Source: Andalucia godoyi And28 (Eukaryota > Protista > Jakobida). From it: a stretch of DNA of 56,698 nucleotides. Below the pieces are notes generated by a model. It ran no database searches and was not told the DNA's origin. It saw only the letters and a program-made list of their open reading frames with translations. The translations under genes were made by a program, and so were the position numbers. Shown piece after piece: positions 1-10,730 of this stretch (positions are counted from its first letter, which is position 1; every line of letters starts with the position of its first letter). The stretch covers positions 366,628 to 423,325 of the forward strand of contig VRVR01000007.1 of assembly GCA_009859145.1 (NCBI GenBank), in the 5' to 3' direction.

Positions 1-552
1 GATAGGCCCCAACATGCCTCGCGGCGCTCTTCAGATAGATGTTCCGCGCTCCGTTCCCAATCTCGATCAATCTGCGAGCCACTTTTCTCAGCGTGACACG
101 TTGTTCCTGAGAAGGGTGCATTTTGATTCCGACGGCCCTAGCAGCAGGCGCTTTCGTGTCCTCAGTTGCAGCGCGATTGGTGCACCTGGAGATACGAGAG
201 GGAGAGGCGGTAGGCGTTGTGACACGTGGTCTCTTAGTAGGTCTGCGGGACCTAGGAGGCCCTGCATCGGGCGGCGTCGGCGTAGGCGAATGCGTCATCC
301 CAGCGCACTCACGCCCATATTTGAATTAAAAAAGTGAAACCAAAAAAAGTGAAACCAACGAATGATAGAATAGATGGCTACGGATGTTGCGTTAAAGAGT
401 GTCGAAAAAACGGAGCCTGCGTCACCGGCTGAATTTTGGCCGAGCGTGCGTAAGCACGGATTCCTGTGAAGCAAACGTGCCAGTGTCGGCCAGTATTGAC
501 CGTGTCTGTTTATATGTACTTCCTTCCGTATGCATGACAACGACGTGTTATT
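1..552 (+). repeat. Dispersed repeat, copy A (head 1-72, unique core about 73-328, tail about 329-552); truncated by the window start
   Basis: 1-72 matches the reverse complement of 53638-53709 with 3 mismatches. 329-552 aligns to the reverse complement of 53339-53557 with identical blocks such as CCAACGAATGATAGAATAGATGGCTACGGATG (355-386) and GTCACCGGCTGAATTTTGGCCGAGCGTGCG (421-450). Confidence 0.9.
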
Positions 553-641
553 AAAAAATAAATGAATGGTTGATGCTGGTTATTAGTTGGTTTGTGTGTG
601 CGTGAGGGGCTTCAGCAAATACGAATGAGGAATGTTTGGTA

Positions 642-2777
642 ATGAGCTTGTATGCGTACGTTTGTAGTCTCTTGCGTTCGACGGTTGCAGCGAACGACCC
701 GAAGTTTCTCTTGTTTCTGCTGCTCAAGTCGATCCGGAAAGAGACAGTTCTTCCGAGGCCGCTGTGCAGTTTTGTACATTATGTGCTCAAGTGCGCATGC
801 ATCAAATCAAAATCTGTGTTCGCGTTGATTGTGCAGCACTTTCCCGAAGTTTTTGGGACGCAGGTTGGGTTTGGCCTCATTTGCGAAGTACCAGTATCCT
901 ACATGGAGTTACTGGCGAGTCCGCGAATCCCAGTCTTGTCGGAATTGGAGAACCTGTTGGTCTGCACAGATGCCTTGGACGTTCACTGGAACAGCTTGGG
1001 AATTCTCCAGCGTCTGAGGCTGTCCTTGTTTGAACTCGATGCTCTGCTGTCCAAATTTGCGTATTGCATAGCTGTGGATAATGCCAGTCGTTCTCCTTTG
1101 TCAAATATTTTCCCTCCTTTGCCATCATCATCGTCATCATCGTTGCCAGCTGACATGAATGCACCAACGCTATTGGATAAGAAAAAGTCGAGTGTATCCT
1201 CCAGCAAAAGGGTCTCGTTTCGGGACTTCATTGCACAGTTTCAGCAACAGCAGGAGGCAAAAGATGAAGTTTCTTCTGCCGACTCAGACTCCATCCATGA
1301 ATATGTCCCGCCAATTTCTGCGCTTTCTTCAGGTCATGTACTGCATCGTGCAAAACCGGGTTTGGTGGATTGGCTTGCGCTCATGTTTCCTGGACAACCG
1401 GTGGTGAGTACTAATGCGCTGGCTCGATTTCCAAGAGACGTCTTTCAGATCAAGGATCAAATCCGGATTACCGTTCCCCGAGTGTCATTTTGCGAGTTGC
1501 GGGGAGCGTTGCAACGCGTGTTTCGAGTGCTGCTTGCTGGTCAAGTCATGATGCTGCGTTGGAGCGAGTTCATTCGTCAGTCCATGCCTGTACTTCGAAT
1601 TGCACAGCTGCGCGTACGGCTTTGCAAGAATGAGATTCTACAGATAATGCGGTTGAAACAGTCCATTGTTCGCATCAGAAGGCAAATGACTGTGCTGAGA
1701 ATGTTTGCTGCGGCATTCAAACAAAATGTAGCGCAGTTGGTGGAAATTGCTCCCAGAATGAGGGACATTCAGACCAGCGAGAAGCGAAAGAGGTTTTCGG
1801 AAATTGTGGCTTTGCAGTTTGCGGAATGGTGCGAGAGGAGCCAAAATCATGGTCCGGTCGTTGGTAAAGTGCAGGCTGCGAAGGACGGTGCTCGGCACGC
1901 ATTATTCGATGCGCTTTTGAACCGATTGCTCCCCAAGGCGGCTACAGATCAGACCGTGTGGATCACTTGTTTGTACTTGTGTGCCAAATGCTCTCCTCGC
2001 CTCTTGCGAAAGCTTAAATTTCCGATCCCGCTGTCTGAATGTACACCCGAGGATGAGTGCCCAAGCACCCGAAGTGTCCGTCTCCTTGCGGCTCATATGT
2101 GCACGTTTCACTGGTCATTGGTGGTTCGAAGCGTCGCGCAAGCGCTTTCCAAGGAATTTGATGTGTGTGTTCCCAAGAACGTCCTGCATCGCGGGTGGGT
2201 TTCCACGAAAAACTTGGATCTCTTGCTTTCTCTGTATGCTCCTTTATGCCGAATCTCGGTGCTCTCGATTGGGCGTTCCGGATCGTTGGGACACCTGACC
2301 TCGCTGTCTCAAGAACAGCCCGAATTCCCAGTGGATTGGGATGCAGAGCTTTCACAGCATCTGGAAACTCTGGATGTGTTGCGCTTGATTCAATCTGTTG
2401 TGCGTGCGCATGTGATTGACGTGACGAAGTGTGTGGAGTTGTTGGATGAGCGTCAGATGACAGCGATTGCACGCCAGTATGTTTTAATCAGCTACGGGCG
2501 TGGATGCCGCCCTCGATTGTGGACTACGGAAGCATATGCGCAGTACGAGTCGTTGGTCCGCCAGTTTTGTTCCCTGCTTCTGCGGCACGAAACAGGCGAG
2601 TCGCGGTCTGCTGACGAGCAAATCTCGCGGTTCATGATTTCCCCGCTGCTGAGCGCCGCGCTGGCACAGTGTGAACGATTTGTGGACGCATCGACGCGCT
2701 TGGTCGATCTGACGCAAGCCGTTCCTGTTTTGCCTGTCCGTGCGTTCACAATCTTGTGGTCGGGCGTGGAGATGTAG
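642..2777 (+). CDS. Hypothetical protein, about 711 aa, mostly helical with a Ser-rich linker
   Basis: Long uninterrupted ORF (636 TTG; first ATG at 642) in coding-like GC context, ending TAG. No family recognised. Confidence 0.75.
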   Translation: MSLYAYVCSLLRSTVAANDPKFLLFLLLKSIRKETVLPRPLCSFVHYVLKCACIKSKSVFALIVQHFPEVFGTQVGFGLICEVPVSYMELLASPRIPVLSELENLLVCTDALDVHWNSLGILQRLRLSLFELDALLSKFAYCIAVDNASRSPLSNIFPPLPSSSSSSLPADMNAPTLLDKKKSSVSSSKRVSFRDFIAQFQQQQEAKDEVSSADSDSIHEYVPPISALSSGHVLHRAKPGLVDWLALMFPGQPVVSTNALARFPRDVFQIKDQIRITVPRVSFCELRGALQRVFRVLLAGQVMMLRWSEFIRQSMPVLRIAQLRVRLCKNEILQIMRLKQSIVRIRRQMTVLRMFAAAFKQNVAQLVEIAPRMRDIQTSEKRKRFSEIVALQFAEWCERSQNHGPVVGKVQAAKDGARHALFDALLNRLLPKAATDQTVWITCLYLCAKCSPRLLRKLKFPIPLSECTPEDECPSTRSVRLLAAHMCTFHWSLVVRSVAQALSKEFDVCVPKNVLHRGWVSTKNLDLLLSLYAPLCRISVLSIGRSGSLGHLTSLSQEQPEFPVDWDAELSQHLETLDVLRLIQSVVRAHVIDVTKCVELLDERQMTAIARQYVLISYGRGCRPRLWTTEAYAQYESLVRQFCSLLLRHETGESRSADEQISRFMISPLLSAALAQCERFVDASTRLVDLTQAVPVLPVRAFTILWSGVEM

Positions 2778-3405
2778 CGTGGATCTTTTATTATCCCATC
2801 CACCGGTTCTTGTCGGCTTTGGCCAGGCCCTCTAGCACGTGGGAACAAATGTGGACTTTTCACGAGTCTGCCGATTCAGAAGAACAAGGCAAATTCGTGG
2901 AGCCGTGGCTATCCGTCGTGATCCACACACCGCTACTGTTTTGTGCTGTGTCCTTTTCCTTTTGCTGCAACTCTAGTTCGGCACCCAAGGACGAATGCTC
3001 AGCGCACCGTTTCTGTCACGTGAGACAACGGGCATGCACAACGTCACCAATCCTGCTTGTTCTATCAATGAATGAAGACCATTCATGTCAAAAATACGCA
3101 TGGACGCGGTGTTTGGGATCCCTTCGTCCGTGAAGTGGAAAGCACGATCATGCCTGCAAGAACCACCGAGTCAAAGAAAGGAGGCGCTGGTAGAAAACGC
3201 AAAAGCGAAAGAAAATTCAGGCTTTTGCTTGTTTGCATGTTTGAACGGAAGGATTGCTCAGGCTTTTTGGATCAAGTGTTTTTTTTTTAAATATTATTTT
3301 TGTAATATGAATATAGTACTATTAAATATTGCGCTTGCGCCTACATTGTACATTCACCACGGAAAAACATCGCTGATCACCCATAATCAATGCTGCAACC
3401 CAACA

Positions 3406-3485
3406 ACATGCATATCATTGATTGGGAAGGGGGTAGGCCCCAACACGCCCCTCGGTATGAGAGACGTTCTTACGATAGATAGATG
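3406..3485 (+). repeat. Dispersed repeat, partial copy C (head module only)
   Basis: ACATGCATAT...GGAAGGGGGTAGGCCCCAACACGCC...CGTTCTT..GATAGATAGATG matches the heads of copies A and B, with a longer central hairpin. Confidence 0.75.
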
Positions 3486-4039
3486 CGTTGCATGGACAGT
3501 AATGAAATGAGCGTCGCTGTGCGAGAATGCACCGCGGACGACCAGTCGTAGTGTGTTGACATGACACCCCAGACGACGGGGGAGGAGGAAGGGGGGGAAG
3601 GGTTTGAGGCTCTGTGCGAATGTCAAGTTTTTGTCGTGCATGTTCACGAGGGGGAAACCGTCATGCGATCGGGCACTACTCAGAGGGTATGCGTAACTGC
3701 TTTGCCCCAAGGACGCTCCTGCACCATTCTGGGTCGCCGATTTCCCCCTTTGTTGCCACACGGTCGGCCACCGTTTTGCTATCCGAGACACGTTCCTTCC
3801 TGCTTTCTCTCCAACAAATTCCATCTCTATTTTTTCCCCTTTTGTTTCTCTCTCTTTCTCTCTTTTCTTTCTTTTCCTTCTTCTTGTCTTTTGTTGCGTT
3901 CTGAGCACGTGCGAGTAGCTGTTCTTTTTTCCAAGCTAACATCCGAGTGATCTCAGTTTTTTTTTTAAACAAAAAAAAAAGAAATATTATTTTGTCAATT
4001 TCATTTGCAGCAAGATTCAATTTTTTTTGACAGGAAAAC

Positions 4040-5311
4040 ATGTCTGACAAGAAGAGTGAGATGGAGACCAAGGTCTCTGAGATCGAGGCGTATGTTCCGA
4101 AGTGCATGGGACCGTCGTGCAAGTGGAAGATTGAAATCGAGTGGGACTCGTTTGACCAGGCCGGAGATAAGGAGCGTGCACTGGACTTCTTCACGAACTG
4201 GACTGGCTACTATTCGCTTGAGCCGCTGAAGAATGCGATCTACCAGCTTTCAGCATGGGAAGACGACATCATTGTTGATGCCGTTGCAGAGGGCATTGAG
4301 AAGATCAAGTTCTACCTGGAGCCTGGTACTGACACTGACAAGAAGAAGTACGAGTTTGAGGATAAGAAGCTCAAGCTGTATGCCGTTTATGAGGCACGTG
4401 AATGGAAGGGTGTCTTTGACACTGCGGAGCTCCGTTCACTCCTCGTTGAGTGCGGTTTGTCAGCAAAGCCCGAGCTCAAGGTTGAGCTTTTGGCGTCGGT
4501 GGCCTCCAACTACTGGACTCGCTGGGGATGGACTTCGTCGCTCAAGAAGATGACCGACAATGAGGGCATGTTCGCCCAGCCGGACGAGAAGCTCGTTAAG
4601 GCCGTCAACGACAAGGGCTATGAGGGTTCGTACATCAAGCTGTACAACAACCTCTTGAAGGTGAACAAGCGTGGCAAGAAGCAGAAGCGTGGTCTTTTGA
4701 TCACCACTTCCAAGTTCTACACCTTTGAGATCAAGGGTGACGGAATCAAGGAAGACTCTTGGCAGCCGCACAACTACGGCGACATCATCTGCATTGACAT
4801 TTACAATGCAGGAGGTGCACTCTCCAAGGAGTGGGCCATGATTGCCTACACGAATGAGGAGAAGCCCAAGAAGCCCTCATTCTTCGACAAGTTCAAGGGC
4901 AAGTTGCCGGGCGTGAAGCTCCCTGGTATCCCCTTGCCGTCGATCAATGCACCGTCGGTCAACCTGCCGTCTGTTGATCTTCCATCGGTTAACTTGCCGT
5001 CTATCGATCTCCCCAAGATCTCCCTTCCGGATCTGCCAGATGTGGATATCTCCAATCCCTTCAAGCGCCACAAGGAGGAGCCCCCCAAGCGCTACCACCC
5101 CGCAACTAAGGACAAGCGTTTCTTCAACTTCGTTGCTGAGAACGGTTCTGGCGATGAAAAGACCCTCCTTGCTCAGGAAGTGGGCTGGGTGTTCTATGCT
5201 GGATATGCCAACGGAACTCGTCGCACTGACTACTTGCCGTTCTACCTTGATAAGAAGCAGGTCTTCGACCAGGGAACTGAAATCAAGGAGGCAAAGCGTC
5301 CCCGCGCATAA
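4040..5311 (+). CDS. Uncharacterised 423-aa protein with a PH/myosin-TH1-like segment and Pro-rich pentapeptide repeats
   Basis: ORF with strong C/G-ending and AAG/GAG codon bias. KVNKRGKKQKRGLLITTSKFYTF resembles PH-like/TH1 strands; (V/I)xLPS repeats at about 4900-5050. Confidence 0.85.
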   Translation: MSDKKSEMETKVSEIEAYVPKCMGPSCKWKIEIEWDSFDQAGDKERALDFFTNWTGYYSLEPLKNAIYQLSAWEDDIIVDAVAEGIEKIKFYLEPGTDTDKKKYEFEDKKLKLYAVYEAREWKGVFDTAELRSLLVECGLSAKPELKVELLASVASNYWTRWGWTSSLKKMTDNEGMFAQPDEKLVKAVNDKGYEGSYIKLYNNLLKVNKRGKKQKRGLLITTSKFYTFEIKGDGIKEDSWQPHNYGDIICIDIYNAGGALSKEWAMIAYTNEEKPKKPSFFDKFKGKLPGVKLPGIPLPSINAPSVNLPSVDLPSVNLPSIDLPKISLPDLPDVDISNPFKRHKEEPPKRYHPATKDKRFFNFVAENGSGDEKTLLAQEVGWVFYAGYANGTRRTDYLPFYLDKKQVFDQGTEIKEAKRPRA

Positions 5312-5564
5312 ACGTTGAACAAAAATTGACTGCATGATGCTGTACGGGCTGTGTCTGTGATTTGTTCCAGTATTTGTTTTGTTTTGTTTTGCCTGTCTGT
5401 GTAGTTTTCTGTGTGCAGTGTCGGGCCTGTATGATTCGTGTTTGTATTTGACGGTGAGTCTTTTAGTCCATAAAATGACATTGTTTTCACACGCGCGAGG
5501 CTGTGTTGTTTCCCTTCCCCTCCTTCTTCTTCGTTTTCTTGTTTGCAGTTCGTGAAGAACGGTA

Positions 5565-7643
5565 TCAAGAGAAAGAGCCGAAATCACAAGATGACAGCAT
5601 CGGCAGCTCGGCTCTACGGATTGCGGCGTAAATGATCGGCTGCACCTGCTTTGTTCTTGCGCTGCAGTCGAAACACTTTAGACGACAGGACAGGCTGCGA
5701 AGATGTTTGAACCCGGATGATGCGGCCCGATCGGAAAGAAGAGCGAGCGCATCGCCAAGAGAAATCGGATTGTCATCAATCACAAGGCACTGCAATTTTG
5801 AACTCTGGGAAACGCTCAGGAGGTTCGCAAGCCCACCAGCGCGAATGGCATTTGCACTCAAATCCAAGCGTCTCAACTGCCGCAGGAGGCATGCACAGCT
5901 CCCTGGATTGCCGGGTCTTGTCAGCTCCTCCGCTTCAAACGCTACTGCAGCGTGCGTTACTGACAACTCCTGCAGACCTTCCTCCGTTTGGGCCAACTGG
6001 GAAGATTGCAGTGCAATTAGCAGCCGGTCGCCAGAAGAAACGTTGGAAATATGCAGAGTGGACAGCAGAGGACAATGAACGAACCACAAGTGAGGTCTTG
6101 CGTCTCCGTCGGACACTGGAAAACCAGAAAGAGACAAACGACGCAATGCTGGTGTGTTCAGCTGCGTAAGCACTTCGTCAATGCCGGGACCATGGCTTGT
6201 CGGCCCGCAATGAAGGATGAATTCTGTCAGAGAAGACCACTTCCGAGACAGAAGAGACGTGAAGTTCAGCGAATCTGCAGCCACAGTGCTGCCTACGTTA
6301 ATTTCGAGTACTTTGAGATTTTGAGCCATGGGAGAACCCGCATGCGTTGCGAGAGAATCAAAGTCCTCTGTCCTCCACTTACCGTGCAGTCGCAGCTCCA
6401 CAAGCGGTCGCAGACCGAATGTCGGGGGAAATGCTGGAGAACTGGGATAGACAAACCGTGCAGTTCGCTGGATCGTGAGCGAACACAGCTGGCACGACCT
6501 TGGAAGTCTAGCTATGCATTCAAGATCGCTTTCCTGCTGCTGTGACACACTGAGGATATTAAGTTTCACGGAAAAGCCCCGTCGATTCATGCTTGTCTCC
6601 GTCTCGCCGCCAAATTCGGGCAGCACCACCGGGAATGTTTGGCTGTCGGCTTCGAGCGCAAATGTCCCCGCAGATCGACCCTTCGCGAGCGAGTGAAACA
6701 GCGCTTGGCATGCCGGAGTGGACCAGTCGAAGCTCGGAATGGAAAGATATTTCAAGGAACAGGCCATCTTGTCAAGAGCGCAGGCAAGTCGCGATGCCGC
6801 ACGGTTCATGTCGAGCGTCGTCGCGGCACTGGAATGGCACTGTCTGCAGCTCTCCTCCTGATCTGCCAGTCGACCCAAAAAAAGGTACTGAAGTCCAGGG
6901 AGAAAAGATGCAGATGTCAGTGCCGCATATCTGCGTGTCCTGAGTGTGCAGGGACAGTCCCTGCTGTATTCCTTGCTTTCGCAGTCCCAGTGCAAGTGCT
7001 TCAGCTGAGAAAACCCGGTACTGCTGCAGATTTGTTCAAACTCGTCCATGTCTGTCCGAACTTCGTACCATCGTCCTTCAAAATCCGTCAAAACCCTCTT
7101 TGCAAATCGGACGTTTTCGCACACAACCCGCTCGATTCGATGTGCACGCAACCCTGCTTCTCTGAGTCCACCGAACAAGGTGCCGCATGCAGGGTCTGCA
7201 GTGCTACTGCTACTGCTGCTGTCCGCGTGTACCGCCATCTCTTGAAAATGCAACGCTCGGATGTTTGGGAATGCGTGAGCGGCGTGCTGGAACCACTTCA
7301 GAAGAGTTGGCATTTCTACCGCAGCCTTTAAATTATGCATCCGAAGTTCACGGACGTGGTTGCGAACGTTCTCGGGAATTGCAGCCAGCCATCCTGGCAT
7401 CGCATCAGTCAGCTCCTCCGTCAAGGTTTCTGAATGCCTTGTGCATCGGACAGCAAAATCCCTCTCGACCAGTTTTGCAAATCCCTTCTCAAAAAAGTAG
7501 GCGTGCATCTTGCTTGTGCTGCCGACCGCCAACGAGTCCATGCAACACGGCAAGTACTCTTCAACACGCCTCGCAAGATCGTAAATTCCCGTTATGCTCT
7601 CCAGTTGTAACGCTGCCGTTCCGATCACACGACTGCCCTTCAT
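5565..7643 (-). CDS. Leucine-rich-repeat (RNI-like) protein
   Basis: LxxLxL repeats (LRRLSLSGF, LSTLHISN, LRRLDLSANAI, LQCLVIDDNPI). First ATG at 7643; the ORF track start at 7661 is GTG. Confidence 0.8.
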   Translation of the reverse strand: MKGSRVIGTAALQLESITGIYDLARRVEEYLPCCMDSLAVGSTSKMHAYFFEKGFAKLVERDFAVRCTRHSETLTEELTDAMPGWLAAIPENVRNHVRELRMHNLKAAVEMPTLLKWFQHAAHAFPNIRALHFQEMAVHADSSSSSSTADPACGTLFGGLREAGLRAHRIERVVCENVRFAKRVLTDFEGRWYEVRTDMDEFEQICSSTGFSQLKHLHWDCESKEYSRDCPCTLRTRRYAALTSASFLPGLQYLFLGRLADQEESCRQCHSSAATTLDMNRAASRLACALDKMACSLKYLSIPSFDWSTPACQALFHSLAKGRSAGTFALEADSQTFPVVLPEFGGETETSMNRRGFSVKLNILSVSQQQESDLECIARLPRSCQLCSLTIQRTARFVYPSSPAFPPTFGLRPLVELRLHGKWRTEDFDSLATHAGSPMAQNLKVLEINVGSTVAADSLNFTSLLSRKWSSLTEFILHCGPTSHGPGIDEVLTQLNTPALRRLSLSGFPVSDGDARPHLWFVHCPLLSTLHISNVSSGDRLLIALQSSQLAQTEEGLQELSVTHAAVAFEAEELTRPGNPGSCACLLRQLRRLDLSANAIRAGGLANLLSVSQSSKLQCLVIDDNPISLGDALALLSDRAASSGFKHLRSLSCRLKCFDCSARTKQVQPIIYAAIRRAELPMLSSCDFGSFS

Positions 7644-7699
7644 TGTCTCCAAGGTTCCCACAGAAAAAACCCAACGTCAACGAACAGGCCCACTGTAGC

Positions 7700-7700
<1 letters not shown>

Positions 7701-7746
<46 letters not shown>

Positions 7747-7749
7747 ACA
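7701..7749. repeat. Compound (TC)n(CA)n microsatellite
   Basis: Read directly from the sequence; lies upstream of the LRR gene. Confidence 0.95.
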
Positions 7750-8391
7750 ATAGTCGTAACCAGGAAGGATGTCTGTGTCCGTTTTTAATTGGAGGGAGGG
7801 GGAAAGTATGTAAAATAACAATGGTAAGGAATAAGAAGAAGCAAGAAGAAGGAAGAAGAAGCAGGAATGCACAACTTTATGTAGGAAACTACTTTTTTCT
7901 TTCTTTTTTTTCTTTTTTGGTTGCTGGCAGACGAATATTCTTGTGTTGTCCAATCCCGTGCATCCTCTCCAGTATCCATCCATCACAAAATCAAAGTTTA
8001 AAAATGTAAATAAGAACCAAAAAGAAAAATAATTAAATGAAATCAAAAGGGAAAACAGCGTTGCGGAAACCGACTGTTTTCTTCTGTTTTATCGCCGGGA
8101 TTTGCGGAGCCAAACAAAAAATGGAGAATCTCCCGCTCTGCTCCGACGAGATTGTGCGCGCAGCAAACCAGTATGTCAAAGCAATGCTTTAATTTTTGCG
8201 ATCAGCATCAAGTGTCCAGCATCACGTCTTCTCCTTGTCTGCATTTTTTTTTGATGCTTGACGCTTGAACGCAGGAAAGCACGTTCGAAGATGCTGGTTG
8301 CAGAACGGAGACAGTTTTCTTCTTTATGGAAAAGCATGTGTGTAATTCGGGGTTGTTTTTCCAACACGTGTTTTGTCAAGCAGCCGCAATC

Positions 8392-10620
8392 ATGGATGCT
8401 GATGGTTTGTATCCGGTTGATACGCGGACGGTTCCGCTGCTTGCGCTGCTGCGATATACGACTCGAGATGTTTCGTCGCAGTTTACACAGACGATGGAGC
8501 GCATTCTTCACGCAGACAAGTCGCTTGATGCGTCGGAAAAGCGTCAGGCTCTGCACGACACGTTTGAGCGAATTCGAATCATGCTTACGCGGCTGCTGGT
8601 CGTTTCTTCATGGAGCTTAGATCATGAAGAGCGGATTCCAGGCTTGATTGTATGTCCGTATTTTCCTCTTTCTTAGCTTCCTTTTCTGTTTCTGTTCTTT
8701 ACTCGGGGTTTTCTCCCGGTCATTCAGTACTCATAGCTTCAATCTCGCTTTCTCGTTGTGGTGATGCGTGACTTTTTTGTTGGTGGAAATATATACATAT
8801 ATAATAAGGATGCAATTCAATCTGTACGGAATGAACGAATCCAGTTTGCAGATATGGGCGATCGTCTGATGGACACGCATTCTCGCTCGTTTTTGGAACG
8901 AGAAATCTCTGCCGACATGAACACTGCTGCTGACGTCTTTGTGATAGGCCAGCCTGGATCATTTCCCACCGGACCATCGAAGGCGTTCAAGACATTCCGC
9001 GCCGAGTCGTCGAATGCGACTGATGCAGGAAAGAAGCATGACATGCTGCAGAAACTGGATGCCGAGCTTCACTCTCGGCTGATGCGATGCAGCTTTCCGT
9101 CGTCGATAACGAGCGTCAAGATTGACAATTACAAGCTGGTGATGCGCACGGCGGGGTTGTACATGGTTTCTCTCACTGTCACAAGCGCAGATGCTTCTGG
9201 ATTCTGGAGAATAGTGGATCCCGTACACTCGTTCGTGTCTTCTGGTGCTCGATGGAGTCTTCCGGACGACGGTGGGTCTCCAACGTCTCGCGAGGTAGAC
9301 AAGTCCTTGAAGAAGACGATTGGAAACGCAAACTTGTGGCGCGGTCTGGAACAGAGAATGGCGGAAATCCAAGGACCACCACCGTCAGGCCCTGCGTCTT
9401 GGTCTGCGTCTCTTGAATTTCTCCACAAGATGCTTTCGTCTGCGTGTTTACTGGAGTCAATGCAGCTGATCTTGTACCAGGCTCGGGTGTTTGCAGATCG
9501 ATCAAATCTGGGAAGCTCCATCAAGGTTGTGGACCAGCCCCCCGACACCATCCTGTGCTACTGGAAAGACATTCCCAGGCTTCCGCGCGAGGATGCATAC
9601 GCTTTAATTGACATGGATCAGAATCGACAGGATGTTCGCTTGTTTGCAGGACAGGTGCGCTTCCGAAAAGCCGAGGACCACATTGAGGTGTCGCACGCAC
9701 CGAGTTTGGCAGGATTTTCTCCCTTGCATCTCGATACTGGCAAGATCGATGTTGCGTCTATTCTTTTTGACTTGTCTGCGCGTCATGCGGCACAAAAGGC
9801 GTCGAAGATGGCTGCTATTTTGTCTGAGGCAGGCTACAAGACCGTTCATCGGAAAAATTCTGTGGCGGTGGAGCTGAGCGTAGCGATCAATGAGGAGCGG
9901 GTGGTTCGAAAAATCGTGTATAGCGTCGATCCGCGATCGGGATTGCTCTGCGCTGCGCTCACGGATCTTGACTCTGCCGTTCCGCTCCAGTGGCTCTCGG
10001 ACTACTTGGCGTCGCATCAAAAACGAAGCATTCGAGAGTACAAAAAGATGTTTATCTCATGCTCGGAAAACGTGCGGACGACGTCCACGGCGGTGGTCGC
10101 GGATCAGCTTGCGGCAGCGAACCCAAATTCTGGAATCCTCGACATCGTGGAGCTGACATCGCTCATCCAGTCCAGACTGGTGCTTCACGACGTGCAGCAA
10201 TGTCTTTCTGTGTTGGGCACCAACGTGCTGCTAGTTGAAGATGAAATGGTGCTGCCGTCCTCTTCTCAGAATCCTTCTCTTGTGCAAACCCCTGCTCCGG
10301 GGGCCAATGCCACAGCCCCGGTGCCTTCGAAGCCTCTCCCGTGGATTCCGCGTTCCCATATCCGCGCTCCATTCTTATTTATCAACGGCCAATTATGTGT
10401 TTCATCGTTTGTTGTGCGGAACAAGACTGTAGAGAAAGGTACTGTGGAACCATATGTGCGCATGGATTCGTTTGCACTGCGACCACCGTCCCAAACCGCG
10501 ACGCTCGCGTGTGTTCATCTTCCTTCTGCCTATCTCTCGCTTCCGTCGCACTCTCCCCAAGCTTATTTCCTTGCTCTTGCAAACACCCTTGTCCAAGTGT
10601 CTCGCCAAGCAATTGTCTAG
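8392..10620 (+). CDS. MED14: Mediator subunit MED14/Rgr1, two exons (8392-8649; probably 8809-10620)
   Basis: Exon 1 TVPLLALL...DASEKRQ...RIMLTRLLVVSSW matches the MED14 N-terminus. GTATGT donor at 8650. Exon 2 ...ADMGDRL...NTAADVFVIG matches the DRL...A(I)DVL.TG motif. In-frame acceptors end at 8736 (TAG) and 8808 (AAG); the latter restores typical W-to-DRL spacing. Confidence 0.8.
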
Positions 10621-10650
10621 GCGTACAATTTTGCCAAATCGAACCCACTT

Positions 10651-10730
10651 CTCCCTCCCTCCTCCTCCCTCCCTCCTCCTCCCTCCCTCCTCCTCCCTCC
10701 CTCCTCCTCCCTCCCTCCTCCTCCCTCCCT
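10651..10730. repeat. 14-bp tandem repeat (CTCCCTCCCTCCTC) x about 5.7 in a pure-pyrimidine tract
   Basis: Read directly; the C/T-only tract spans about 10649-10760. Confidence 0.9.

Noticed and set aside
281-300. HDV-like ribozyme (GGCGAATG resembles the J4/2 strand)
   Set aside because: No P1/P2/P3 pseudoknot partners were found; the segment pairs as a simple local hairpin.
14-337. Protein-coding interpretation of the repeat ORFs (14-337 + and 53550-53756 -; GIGP resembling an HhH motif)
   Set aside because: All head substitutions between copies are non-synonymous, and the frames diverge after about 25 codons.
2780-3290. Short ORFs between the first two genes
   Set aside because: Overlapping short frames with no motif or codon bias.
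3378-3387. snRNA-type upstream element (ACCCATAA; CACCCACATT near copy B)
   Set aside because: Spacing to the conserved head differs between copies (about 37 versus 75 nt), and the motif is too short to be significant.
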